In this document: piece by piece, positions 37,134-46,451 of the stretch | Numbering within the stretch: position 1 is the stretch's first letter | How the letters are laid out: every line of letters starts with the position of its first letter | Source of the DNA: Dehalococcoidia bacterium | GTDB taxonomy: Bacteria; Chloroflexota; Dehalococcoidia; Lucifugimonadales; Australimonadaceae | DNA length: 64,000 nucleotides | Reading direction: 5' to 3' | NCBI GenBank assembly: GCA_965249185.1 | Contig: CBDFLS010000002.1 | Location: 1,933,594 to 1,997,593 of the forward strand | The notes under the pieces: model-generated | Told to the model about the DNA's origin: nothing | What the model saw: the letters and a program-made list of their open reading frames with translations, nothing else | Databases searched by the model: none | Made by a program: the position numbers and the translations under genes

Positions 37134-37883
37134 ATGAAGGCGCTAGTGCTCTGTGGAGGATTGGGAAAACGTTTGGGAGCCCTCACGCGAGAAACGCCCA
37201 AGCCCATGCTGCAGATAGCGGACCGGCCACTGCTTGCTTACACGCTTGAGTATCTCGTAGCCAATGGGTTCGACCAGATCGCCATCAACCTCCACTTCAG
37301 GCCGGAGGTGATCACGGGCTACGTGAGCGATGGATCACAGTTCGGCGCGCACGTTCACTACTCCTACGAGGACACACTGTTGGGGACCGCCGGAGCCGTA
37401 AAGCGGCTCGAAGACTACTTCGGTACTGACCGGCTGTTTCTCGTTGTCCATGGAGACTTGCTCATCGATCAGGACCTAGCGGCGATGGTGGAGGGCCACC
37501 AGTCCCATGGAGCCATCGCGACCCTGCTGTTGCATCAGCGGGCGGGGTCCAACAGTCTCATAGACATGGACGGCAATGGCCGCATCACCGATCTCCTCGA
37601 GCGACCCTCAGAGAAGGAACGCAAGGAGCGGCCATATCCCTGGGTTAATTCCGGGCTTTATCTTTTTGGCCCCCGGATATTCTCTTACATCCCTCCCGGA
37701 GAGCCAGTGGACTTTCCGAAAGGTGTGTTCCAAAGAATATTCGGGCTGGAGCCGCTGTTCGGTTTCCCGCTCACCGGCTACCGGTGCGCCATCGACTCGG
37801 CCGACCGGTATAAGGAGGCCGCTCTAGCGGTACAGAGCGGCAGCTATGCCGTCCCGAAGACCTCGTTACGAGGAGGGAATTAA
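37134..37883 (+). CDS. sugar-1-phosphate nucleotidyltransferase (HddC/mannose-1-P guanylyltransferase-like)
   Basis: 249 aa with the LCGGLGKRLGALTRETPKPML N-terminal signature. Confidence 0.8.
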   Translation: MKALVLCGGLGKRLGALTRETPKPMLQIADRPLLAYTLEYLVANGFDQIAINLHFRPEVITGYVSDGSQFGAHVHYSYEDTLLGTAGAVKRLEDYFGTDRLFLVVHGDLLIDQDLAAMVEGHQSHGAIATLLLHQRAGSNSLIDMDGNGRITDLLERPSEKERKERPYPWVNSGLYLFGPRIFSYIPPGEPVDFPKGVFQRIFGLEPLFGFPLTGYRCAIDSADRYKEAALAVQSGSYAVPKTSLRGGN

Positions 37884-39039
37884 GCTGGAGCAGAAAACCG
37901 TATTCTTCGGACCATTTGTTGGCGAGATGGGCTGGGAGCTGCTGTACTGGCATGGCTGGGTGAGAAAGGTTTCCCGGACACACTTTCGTGACTACCGCAA
38001 GATCGTGGCCAGCTTCCCGGGACGTGAGCCCTTCTACCCGGAGGCGGACGAATATTGGTCTCACCCACGGAAATTCGTGGATGTTCTCAAATCGTCCCAC
38101 GGCTATGTGACTGACTTTTGGAGGAATGGACAGCCGTCCCCCGATCAGGTGGTGGTGGAGCGGAAGTACGGATTTATTCCCCGGGTAAGGCACTCGTCCT
38201 TATCGCTGGACTCTGAGCGCCCGCCCGATGTTGAGAAGGCTGCGGAGGCTCTGCTGAAGACGTACGCGGCACGGCTTCCGGAGGACACCGAGTTCTTTGT
38301 TCCCTGGCGCCGGAATCGCTTTGAGGCGGACGGACTGGAATTCGGAACGTCCTATCCGGAGAATCCGAAGTCTTGGAAAGACTTTGTGCAAGAGGCCATG
38401 CCGTTTGGGGCGCAGGATTTCGAGCTACTCCAGCCGACCAGTCGAGGCTCGGCCCTCCTGGCCGAGCGAGTCGGTCCGGACGCGCGGCTACTTTGCGTGT
38501 TTCCCCGTAACCGGCGGCTCCGAAGGCCGGACAAAAATTGGCCCCGGGAGGACTATGTAAAGCTGTTGCAGCAGCTGCAGCGTCGGTATCCCGAGCTGAC
38601 CGTGGCGGTGCTCGGCGCCCCGGGTGAGGCCTACTTCGATGATGGTGTTCCATCTGAATGGGTCGACCTCATCAATGTCCCCAGCGATGCGCGCTTGGAC
38701 ATGCAGGTAGCTGCGTTGCAGCAGGGTGCCCTGGCGCTCGGCAGCATGTCGGGCGCTATTCTCTTTGCCCTGGCGGCGGGCTGCCCTGCGATCACTTGGG
38801 GATGGCGCGGCGCAGACGTTGCGTACCATGAGCAGAACGTATTGAAAACACGATTCGTCTACTACCCGAGGATGACCGCGCCGGTGAACCACATCTTTAC
38901 GCTGGCCTCCGGCATGATTGATGGCGTGCTACCTCCATCTCATGAGGATGGTCGGCCTTGGGACCCAGAGGGCTACGACAGGATGCGATTCCCGGGGTCA
39001 GGGGTTCTTAGAAGAGTCCGTCGCCTGTGGGCCTGGTGA
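37846..39039 (+). CDS. hypothetical protein, possible GT-B glycosyltransferase (GT9 heptosyltransferase-like C-terminus)
   Basis: 397 aa if ATG 37846 is used (38-nt overlap with the upstream gene). The conserved-looking FFGPFVGEMGWEL lies before the next ATG at 37927. The C-terminal NWP...LGSMSGAILFALAAGCPAITWG resembles the GT9 DSG..H.A.A.G.P region. The call rests on context and a weak motif. Confidence 0.45.
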   Translation: MPSRRPRYEEGIKLEQKTVFFGPFVGEMGWELLYWHGWVRKVSRTHFRDYRKIVASFPGREPFYPEADEYWSHPRKFVDVLKSSHGYVTDFWRNGQPSPDQVVVERKYGFIPRVRHSSLSLDSERPPDVEKAAEALLKTYAARLPEDTEFFVPWRRNRFEADGLEFGTSYPENPKSWKDFVQEAMPFGAQDFELLQPTSRGSALLAERVGPDARLLCVFPRNRRLRRPDKNWPREDYVKLLQQLQRRYPELTVAVLGAPGEAYFDDGVPSEWVDLINVPSDARLDMQVAALQQGALALGSMSGAILFALAAGCPAITWGWRGADVAYHEQNVLKTRFVYYPRMTAPVNHIFTLASGMIDGVLPPSHEDGRPWDPEGYDRMRFPGSGVLRRVRRLWAW

Positions 39040-39385
39040 CAAGGGAGCGGAAGGATGCCACCATACGGCGGTTACTAGGTCAGTTAAGACGAAAGCTTGA
39101 AACCCTCTAGGTCGCTTTCGTTATGGGAGAGGCGACTTCACAGTGGTCCGTCGGAATGGGATTGAGATCACGTCCACTAGGTGGAACCCAACTGCGCAAA
39201 ACCTCGTGTTTGGCTGGCATGCGACGTGGCGGAAGCAAGATGAGGTATTTCGGTGGGTCATTGATAATGGTTTTCACTTATGCCTAGCATGTCACCTGAA
39301 GGTTTACTCGAAATGAGCCCCACTGAGATAGGATGGGAAAAACGGACACCAAAGTCGGATAAGATAGAGCGACGGAGGTGTCAGT

Positions 39386-39703
39386 ATGAAAGGTGTCCCT
39401 CAAGGAAGATACACGAGGGAATTCCGCCAGGAAGCAGTGAAGCTGGTAACGGAAGAGAGGCTATCATTGCCGGAGGCAGCCCGCCGGTTGTCCCTGGCGC
39501 CATCGACGTTAGGGTACTGGGTGAAGGCACAAAGGGCCGGCAAACTGGGAGATGTCGGCAAGACGTACAGGCCCTTGACTGAAGTAGAGATGGATTTGGC
39601 CCGGACTAAGAAGGAACTGGCGGAAGTGAAGATGGAGCGGGACATACTAAAAAAAGCGGCCGCGTACTTTGCCAAGGAGTCGCTGCCCGGTACGCGGCGA
39701 TGA
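39386..39703 (+). CDS. IS3-family transposase OrfA (HTH)
   Basis: 105 aa. YTREFRQEAVKLV...SLPEAARRLSLAPSTLGYWV HTH region and a leucine-zipper-like C-terminus. Confidence 0.85.
   Translation: MKGVPQGRYTREFRQEAVKLVTEERLSLPEAARRLSLAPSTLGYWVKAQRAGKLGDVGKTYRPLTEVEMDLARTKKELAEVKMERDILKKAAAYFAKESLPGTRR
39649..39655 (+). other. programmed -1 ribosomal frameshift heptamer (A AAA AAA) for OrfAB fusion
   Basis: A seven-A run followed by G, read in the orfA frame as cuA AAA AAA Gcg. It lies 45 nt before the orfA stop, with orfB in the -1 frame. Confidence 0.65.
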
Positions 39704-40560
39704 ATGAGTTGCGGCTCAAGTATCCAGTCCGGATGATGCGACGGATTATGAATGTATCGGCCAGCGGCTACTATGCGTGGGTGGACCGGCCGCTGTCCAA
39801 GCGGGCACAGGAGGAAGTGCGGCTGGAGCTGGAGATAATGGCGGCCCACCAGCGGAATAGACAGACCTATGGCCCGGAACGGTTACAGCGCGATCTGGCG
39901 GAGCATGGCGTTCGGGTGGGTGTTTGCCGGATCAAGCGGATCCGGCAAAAGCTCGGCATACGCTGTAAACAGAAGAGGAGATTCAAGACTACCACTAACT
40001 CCGCGCACAGACTGCCAGTTGCGGATAACTTGTTGGGCCAGCAGTTCAAGGTCAGTCAGCCCAACGCCGTGTGGGTGAGTGACATCACCTATATACCGAC
40101 TGATGAAGGCTGGCTATACCTGGCGGGCCACAAGGACCTGTTCACCGGAGAGCTCGTGGGCTATGCCATGGGAGAGCGGATGACCAGGAATCTGGTTAGT
40201 CAGTCTCTATTCCGGGCGCTGAGAGCCAAACGCCCCGCGAGGGGACTGATACATCACTCTGACCGGGGCTCTCAGTATTGCTCCCAGGAGTACAGAAATC
40301 TTATGGAGCGCTCTGGCCTGAGATCATCCATGAGCGGGAAAGGGAACTGTTTTGATAATGCGCCGATGGAGAGCTTCTGGGGAACACTCAAGCAGGAGCT
40401 AGTCCATCACCGTCATTATCGAAGTAGACAGGAAGCAATTCGAGATATGACAGAATATATCGAGATCTTCTATAACAGGCAGCGCCGCCAGGCCAGGCTG
40501 GGATTCCTGTCACCTGCGGCCTTTCAACAAAGATTCTATGCAGGATTACTCGCAGCTTGA
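39700..40560 (+). CDS. IS3-family transposase OrfB (DDE integrase core)
   Basis: 286 aa. WVSDITYIPT, HHSDRGSQY and GNCFDNAPMESFW motifs. Lies in the -1 frame relative to orfA. Confidence 0.9.
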   Translation: MNELRLKYPVRMMRRIMNVSASGYYAWVDRPLSKRAQEEVRLELEIMAAHQRNRQTYGPERLQRDLAEHGVRVGVCRIKRIRQKLGIRCKQKRRFKTTTNSAHRLPVADNLLGQQFKVSQPNAVWVSDITYIPTDEGWLYLAGHKDLFTGELVGYAMGERMTRNLVSQSLFRALRAKRPARGLIHHSDRGSQYCSQEYRNLMERSGLRSSMSGKGNCFDNAPMESFWGTLKQELVHHRHYRSRQEAIRDMTEYIEIFYNRQRRQARLGFLSPAAFQQRFYAGLLAA

Positions 40561-41467
40561 AAGGTTTGGTGTCCACTATTGCCATCCGACCCCACACTGA
40601 GAAATTTCGGGCCATCGCCAGTCGCTTGCGTGTCGTTAAGAGCATGCAACAGGCACAGGGCGGTATTCACCAACCCTCGGCAATTGAGGCATGGCTTGAC
40701 CTGGACTCGGCCCTGTTTTGGGACGAGCGCTGGCTGCGGCGTTTTCGCCATCCCCACATGCACCTGCACAATGGCACTATGAACTGGCCTAACCGGAGGC
40801 CTCGACACGAACGGTACCAGGATTGGTATACCCTTGGGACGTTTAGAGAAGCAGGTCCGTTATCAGACTTTCAACGCCTGAAACGGAGGGTAGCGGACTT
40901 CTATGACACGGCGCGGGGACTCGGTTTCTTGGCATGGATGTACAGAGATCTGGCGAGGCAGGTGCCAGCAGATATCATCCAACGAGTGTCCGACTGTCCA
41001 GTAGGTCGCCCATTCCATTTGCTAACGCCCAAAGGCCGTTGGCTAACAGAGCCGGTTCTCCGACACGCCTATTATGTGGGTCAGCTAGCACAGTCATTGC
41101 CGCCGTCTTACTGGGATGGCGCTGCAGTTCTGGAGATAGGGGCGGGATATGGGAGTCTTGCACGTCTGCTCAAGCGTTTCTTCCCGCATATCCGATACGT
41201 GATGACGGATCTGCCCGAGCGACTCGTCTTGCAGGCATACTACCTGGTTCACAGTTTCCCTGGCGCGACATTCGACATCATTGATGGCACCTCGAATACT
41301 GGTCAACCCACTGCAGACTTTACCTTCGTTCCCACCTGGCGTCTGGCCGACATCCCCGATCGAAGCATCGACATAGTTGTCAATACCCAGAGCATGCAAG
41401 AGATGAAATTGGAACAAGTTGATTACTATTTGGCCCATGTTGAGCGCATGGCGAGGGGGTATTTTTA

Positions 41468-42312
41468 GGGTATAGTCCCAAAACAGCCACCTGTGAGAGA
41501 ATGGTGGCATGGGACGGAAGATTGGGTGCCCTCGATGTCAACACGCCAAGAGCTGGGGCATTCGGCGAGGTAAGAGTCGTTGTGCAGCCTGCCACTACGA
41601 GTGGGTGCCCAGGGCGCTGCCGCTTCGGTTGTCGCCAGGGGAGTGGCGGCGACTGTTGCGCTGGTTCGTCTTGGGGCAGAGTGCCGAGGTGATTGCCCAG
41701 GAGGCCCGCCTGGAGCGAAAGCGAGTCCTGCGCGCCCTGATCGTGGTGCGCCAGGCCATGGTCCGGGACGTTCCCCATGTCTTCTCCGGCGTGGTGGAGG
41801 TCGACGAGACCTACCTGGGAGGTTCCTGGCGCAACAGGCGCCTGGCAAAGCGTGTTCAGGGCACGAAGCGGGGCCGTGGAACCACTAAGCAAGCTGTCTT
41901 TGGGATCCTGTGTCGAGGTGGCCTGGTGTGGGCGCAAGTGGTACCTAACGTGGAAGCCAAGACGCTGCTGCCGCTCCTGCACCAACGCGTGCAACGTGGC
42001 TCCATCGTCTGCTCGGACACCTTTACCAGCTACACGGGCGTCGCAGCGGGGGGCTACGTCCACCGGCTTGTGGACCACAGCCAGGCGTTCAGCGATCGGC
42101 AAGGGAGCCACGTCAACGGCTTGGAGGGCTTCTGGGGTTATCTCAAGCGGCGTCTGGCAGCCAAAGGGGGAGTCCGCCGAGAACGGCTGCCCCTCTATCT
42201 TGCTGAGTATGTCTGGCGCTACAATCATCGGCGTCTGTTGGGACCAGAACAGGTTAAGACATTGTTCAAGCTGCTTCAAAGCTAATCCGGTGGCTAAAAC
42301 GGGACTTTACCC
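41468..42312 (+). mobile_element. IS1595-family insertion sequence, copy 4 (845 bp)
   Basis: Same ends as copy 1. Flanked by ATTTTTA (41461-41467) and ATTTTTA (42313-42319). Confidence 0.9.
41509..42285 (+). CDS. IS1595-family transposase
   Basis: 258 aa with a single difference from copy 1 (S17G). Confidence 0.9.
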   Translation: MGRKIGCPRCQHAKSWGIRRGKSRCAACHYEWVPRALPLRLSPGEWRRLLRWFVLGQSAEVIAQEARLERKRVLRALIVVRQAMVRDVPHVFSGVVEVDETYLGGSWRNRRLAKRVQGTKRGRGTTKQAVFGILCRGGLVWAQVVPNVEAKTLLPLLHQRVQRGSIVCSDTFTSYTGVAAGGYVHRLVDHSQAFSDRQGSHVNGLEGFWGYLKRRLAAKGGVRRERLPLYLAEYVWRYNHRRLLGPEQVKTLFKLLQS

Positions 42313-42590
42313 ATTTTTATTGCGTGAACCGGAGAGAGAAGCTGATTGCGGACGAGATGATCCGTCATCCTGGTTACTTGCTTGGCGTAGGTTGGCGGAG
42401 AGTGAATGAGCGGCCCCAGTGGCGCGCGCCAGACATTCTCGAAGGTCTCTATCCGCGCACGGATCGGGGCTAATTGCTATGGAACTCGCTCGCGCATCAG
42501 CCGAAGGTGGAGGCCCGGGTTTGCTGGTAGGGCGGGGTTGAGGCAGGCGCGCCCCTCGATTCTCAAAGGCTTCTAGGAGAAGCATATATC

Positions 42591-43868
42591 ATGAGAATTC
42601 GGATACCGAAATTGCGCTCAATTGGAAGGCTTCTGAGAGCGCTATTCAGACCTACTACTTATCGACAGCTTCGACGCACACTCTGGAAAATCGCTGACCT
42701 TGACGGGGGGGGGGATCTAAGTGCAATCCCTGCTGGGGACCGGTGGCTGCTCCAATCGACACACGTTGTGCATGTAGCAAATTTTCACACCGTCACCACA
42801 AATATCGGTGACCACTATATGTTGGATGCGGCGGACCATCTGCTAAAAAGGGAGTTCCCTAGCGTCATTAGGCACCACATGCCTGACTTGCGATGTACCG
42901 GACGCTTCGAATCTCCAGTGATCGACTCTGAATCGATCGTTTGGGCCAATCAGAGCCACATGATGCTGGTTGGTCCAGGACCGCTGTTCAATGGGTCGGA
43001 AGACGAGTGGAAACTGCTATTCCCGAGCAAGCGTCCGAGAGAACTGTTGGATGATCTCCGAGTTCCCTTGGTGCTACTAGGTTTAGGGGCACCGGGCTCC
43101 GTGCGCGACGGGGTCATCGTCCCGCGCCCGATAAGCGAGCGTGTCGCAGATGAGATTCGTCTGATATGTGCCAGAGCCTTCATCATAAGCGTTCGTGATC
43201 CCCTAACGCGCGACTTCCTCCAGGGGCTTGGAATAGAAAATGTCGAGGTCACTGGGTGCCCGACCTTGTTCCGATTTGGGAATCCACCGTTTCGGAACGA
43301 CGCTAGCCAGCGGGATGTCTTGATAAGCTACCGTGCCACGAACCCCGGCGGGGTAGACGAGGCAAACGCCGCCTTGCTCGGTACGGTGGTCAAGCTCATC
43401 GGGGCGCTTGGCCACCCGCTACGGCTCGTTGTTCACGACCCACGAGAATTGCAGAGCGCTCGTTCGTTGGCCGCCATGCTAAACATAGAGGCTATCATCC
43501 CTAAGAGCCTCCACGACCTTTACAGGATGTCATCTGCAGCAGCCCTCGTCATTGCGGAGCGATATCACGGCAACTTGTGCGCGGCCGCTCAAGGGGTGCC
43601 GTTCATCTCTATAGCGACCGATGGCCGAACTCTCAGTACGATGCAGATGCTTGATGCTGAGCCGGTAACTCTGAATCTTACCGGACTATCTGGGGAGGAT
43701 GCTGAAGAAAGACTATTGAGGTTATCCAAGGATGCATTGACAGGAGAGGGCTTCGATTACGCGCGCGTACATAAAAGGATCAATCAGCTAGGCGCAAGGA
43801 TGGATGCAGTCATGCATCAAATTACCGGCGAGCTGCGCGAGAGAGGGCGCATGCTCATCCCTTCCTAG
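42591..43868 (+). CDS. polysaccharide pyruvyl transferase family protein
   Basis: 425 aa. NIGDHYMLDAA near the N-terminus and ERYHGNLCAAAQGVPFISI near the C-terminus, as in CsaB/WcaK-type pyruvyl transferases. Confidence 0.7.
   Translation: MRIRIPKLRSIGRLLRALFRPTTYRQLRRTLWKIADLDGGGDLSAIPAGDRWLLQSTHVVHVANFHTVTTNIGDHYMLDAADHLLKREFPSVIRHHMPDLRCTGRFESPVIDSESIVWANQSHMMLVGPGPLFNGSEDEWKLLFPSKRPRELLDDLRVPLVLLGLGAPGSVRDGVIVPRPISERVADEIRLICARAFIISVRDPLTRDFLQGLGIENVEVTGCPTLFRFGNPPFRNDASQRDVLISYRATNPGGVDEANAALLGTVVKLIGALGHPLRLVVHDPRELQSARSLAAMLNIEAIIPKSLHDLYRMSSAAALVIAERYHGNLCAAAQGVPFISIATDGRTLSTMQMLDAEPVTLNLTGLSGEDAEERLLRLSKDALTGEGFDYARVHKRINQLGARMDAVMHQITGELRERGRMLIPS
42705..42714 (+). repeat. G10 homopolymer inside the pyruvyl transferase ORF
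   Basis: Ten consecutive G residues encoding GGG plus the first base of D, at codons 39-42. Confidence 0.9.
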
Positions 43869-43996
43869 GGGCCGATCCGTGGTCCGCCGTCCCACTGAGC
43901 AGGACGGCAAGCGATGAATCAGGAGGCCGAATCAATGGCCTCGATTAGCTGAAAAATGATGGTTCGAGCGCCGAGACTGACGCACAAATTTCAAGC

Positions 43997-45538
43997 ATGG
44001 CTACTAGTAGCTGGAAGCCTCAGCCGATGCTCAAGAGTCTGGCCTATTTAGCCGGCTCTGGGGTTCTTATCTCTCTGATTCGCTTGCCAGTTGGCATCAT
44101 CTCCCGCGGAATTCTGGGCCCAAGCATCTTCGGAATAGTTGCCACCATGGAACTGGCCTTCAGCTACTCCGGCTATGCCAATCTGGGGATCACACGGTCG
44201 ATGCAACGTGAGCTTCCATATTCGTTGGGAGCCGGGGACGAACTTCGCGCCAGGGCAATCTCCGAAACGGCACTGGCGTTTTCGTTGATATCAGGAGCGC
44301 TTTCGGCTGGTCTCGTTGTCGCATTGGCCTTCCTGCTGCTGCCGGACGCAGGCGGCACATTCATGCCGGCCGTTATCGCTGTGTATGCATCGGTTATTGT
44401 GGCCTGGCAGTTCGCGCAATATCAGATCGCGAGGGCGCGTTCCTTTGAGATGTTCCAGCTCATCAGCCGGGTGACGGTAGTTGTGGCGCTCGTCTACGCG
44501 GTGGTGGCCATCGTTGCGATATACTTATGGGGGATCTACGGCTTCCTCACTGCGCTCACAGTAAATGTTCTTCTCCAGTTACTTCTGCTAGCGTTGTTCC
44601 AACCCCGAACTGTTGCAATCCGACTCCGCGGCACCGAGCTCCGGCGCCTCATAATCATGGGCCTCCCCATGGCTGCAGGTGGGGTGCTCTACACCTTGAA
44701 CATTACTGCCGACCAATTGGTAGTAGTCTCGGTTCTCGGCGCGGAATCTTTGGGTGTCTATTCTGTAGCAGTGCTGGGCAGGATATATCTGTGGCAGGTG
44801 GCCCATAGCTTTGCCTCTGTGTGGCAACCGCGTCTCCAGGTGCTGTACGGGCAGACCCATGATCCCGCATGGTTAGCCGAGAAGATTGTCGAGCCGTGTC
44901 AGGTCTTGGCCTTTTCGACACCCATCGTTTTCGGTTTGGCATTCTTGACAGGTCAGTTGATCGTGGGCCTGGCTCTGCCGGACTTCGTCGAAGGTGTGGC
45001 AGCGTTCCAGGTGTTGCTCCTGGCTGTGTATCTGCGGGTGATGCGTACGCTTCCTGGTGTGTACATAGACACAATCAAACGGCAGAACGTAAGCCTGCTC
45101 ATAGGAGCAATTGCAACCGCAGTTTCACTTTTGGCGGTGGTGCTTTTTCTAGAGGCGGGGCTCGGTTTACAGGGGGCGGCCGGCGGGGCCACGGTAGGCG
45201 CTCTCGTTCATTACGGGATCACCGCAGGATATCTATCGTCCAAGTCGCGCAGACCTCTTTTCATGCTGTTGCGTCTGTTCTTGCTACTGCTTCCAATGGT
45301 TTACGCGTACGGTATCCTGTTGGCTCTGGACTGGTGGATTCCCTGGAGCGTTGATGACCAGCTCGCATCTGGAATCCTCCGTGCCCTCTATCGTGGCGCA
45401 CTTTATTTGATAGCCATGTCCCCGTTGGCCCTCTTGCTCTTTCGGTCAATCAGCAGGTCCTCCTTCTTGCGGTCTACGCTGCGTTGGAGACAGGCGCCTG
45501 GGGCTGCCGAGGGTGGGTTGGATAGATCGGACGAATAG
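43997..45538 (+). CDS. Wzx-type polysaccharide flippase (MOP superfamily)
   Basis: 513 aa with about 12-14 hydrophobic segments, in a polysaccharide-locus context. Confidence 0.75.
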   Translation: MATSSWKPQPMLKSLAYLAGSGVLISLIRLPVGIISRGILGPSIFGIVATMELAFSYSGYANLGITRSMQRELPYSLGAGDELRARAISETALAFSLISGALSAGLVVALAFLLLPDAGGTFMPAVIAVYASVIVAWQFAQYQIARARSFEMFQLISRVTVVVALVYAVVAIVAIYLWGIYGFLTALTVNVLLQLLLLALFQPRTVAIRLRGTELRRLIIMGLPMAAGGVLYTLNITADQLVVVSVLGAESLGVYSVAVLGRIYLWQVAHSFASVWQPRLQVLYGQTHDPAWLAEKIVEPCQVLAFSTPIVFGLAFLTGQLIVGLALPDFVEGVAAFQVLLLAVYLRVMRTLPGVYIDTIKRQNVSLLIGAIATAVSLLAVVLFLEAGLGLQGAAGGATVGALVHYGITAGYLSSKSRRPLFMLLRLFLLLLPMVYAYGILLALDWWIPWSVDDQLASGILRALYRGALYLIAMSPLALLLFRSISRSSFLRSTLRWRQAPGAAEGGLDRSDE

Positions 45539-45615
45539 TAAAGTTGAGCAGCTTGAATGGTAGAAGGAATTCGCGCCCCTTTACCACGGGCCTTAAGTAG
45601 GAGCCGATATAACTT

Positions 45616-46362
45616 ATGGGAATTGTAAAGAATATCCTATCGATGAAAGCCATTCCTCCCGTGTCCACGCCTTACAGTGACTACGCCGCGTTGGACTTGA
45701 GCGAGAATTTTCATTTTCACTGGCGCAATGTCAGGTTTGTGATGGACGATGAGGAATTTGATCAATTTTGCACTCTTGTGGGGACTGCCAAGCACAGATG
45801 GGAGAAAATGGGCAAGCCCACAACGCATGAGAATGCCCACAAGGGTGAGCAATACACGATGGCCACAGCGAAGATCAAGGATCACCCGGGCTCCAACAAC
45901 CCATTCATAGCTGACGAGGGGATTAGGTTGGAGCTATCGCAGTGGGCTGATTGCATCCACGTCCATTGGAAGTGGATGCGATTTGAGCTTGACTACCAAG
46001 AGTTCTTGGACTTCGCCGATTCCATGACGGAGGCAGGGGAAAAACTACGGTCGCATCCCTCTTTCACAACCTCTCCTAGGAGGTTTGGCACGCATCACGT
46101 GGCTTGTCCGCGAGGTAGAGTGGACCAGGTCGGCGATTCTGAGTTCTGGACAGAGGCGGAGCAGGATAGCTGGCTAGACGACAGACATCGCACTATCTTC
46201 CTGGATGCCGAGGACGCCTCCCAGGTGAATTTGCCGTATGCCACCCTAGAAGAGAATCTTGGAACGGTTCGAGGGCGGCATATATTCATACAAGACAATA
46301 GCGTACTCCGGACAGTGGGTCGCTTTCTGAAGCGCATGGCAGATCGAGCGCTACAGAGATAG
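45616..46362 (+). CDS. hypothetical protein with an internal duplicated HxHW...RF..D..EF motif
   Basis: 248 aa. AGGAG 13 nt upstream of the ATG. The two repeats are NFHFHWRNVRFVMDDEEFDQF and CIHVHWKWMRFELDYQEFLDF. No family was recognised. The gene is visibly AT-richer than its surroundings. Confidence 0.6.
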   Translation: MGIVKNILSMKAIPPVSTPYSDYAALDLSENFHFHWRNVRFVMDDEEFDQFCTLVGTAKHRWEKMGKPTTHENAHKGEQYTMATAKIKDHPGSNNPFIADEGIRLELSQWADCIHVHWKWMRFELDYQEFLDFADSMTEAGEKLRSHPSFTTSPRRFGTHHVACPRGRVDQVGDSEFWTEAEQDSWLDDRHRTIFLDAEDASQVNLPYATLEENLGTVRGRHIFIQDNSVLRTVGRFLKRMADRALQR

Positions 46363-46451
46363 CCACTGTGACAAGATTGTCTACCAGCGTGGTGAAGGAG
46401 AAGTAGGCCAGTGGCGGCAAGGGGCGCGGGTTATCGGGTGATGAATCGAGG

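Larger units (their letters stand above)
39297..40614 (+). mobile_element. IS3-family insertion sequence (approximate ends)
   Basis: Begins TG and ends CA. Imperfect terminal repeats share CGAAAT...GGATGG...GGACACCAAA. Contains orfA/orfB with an A7 slippery site. No target duplication could be identified, so the ends are uncertain by a few nt. Confidence 0.75.
39143..42473 (+). pseudogene. sugar O-methyltransferase-like class I methyltransferase, interrupted by an IS3-family element and by IS1595 copy 4
   Basis: Fragments 39143-39296, 40615-41467 and 42320-42473 join in frame into a 386-aa ORF (...LACH|LASRLRVV... and ...MARGYF|YCVNRREK...). Has LEIGAGYGSLARLL (SAM motif I). Confidence 0.7.

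Noticed and set aside
40557-40643. Track start (TTG 40557) of the 303-aa methyltransferase ORF
   Set aside because: The first ~19 codons lie inside the IS3 element's right end (up to 40614). The frame is better explained as continuing from the fragment upstream of the IS (39143-39296).
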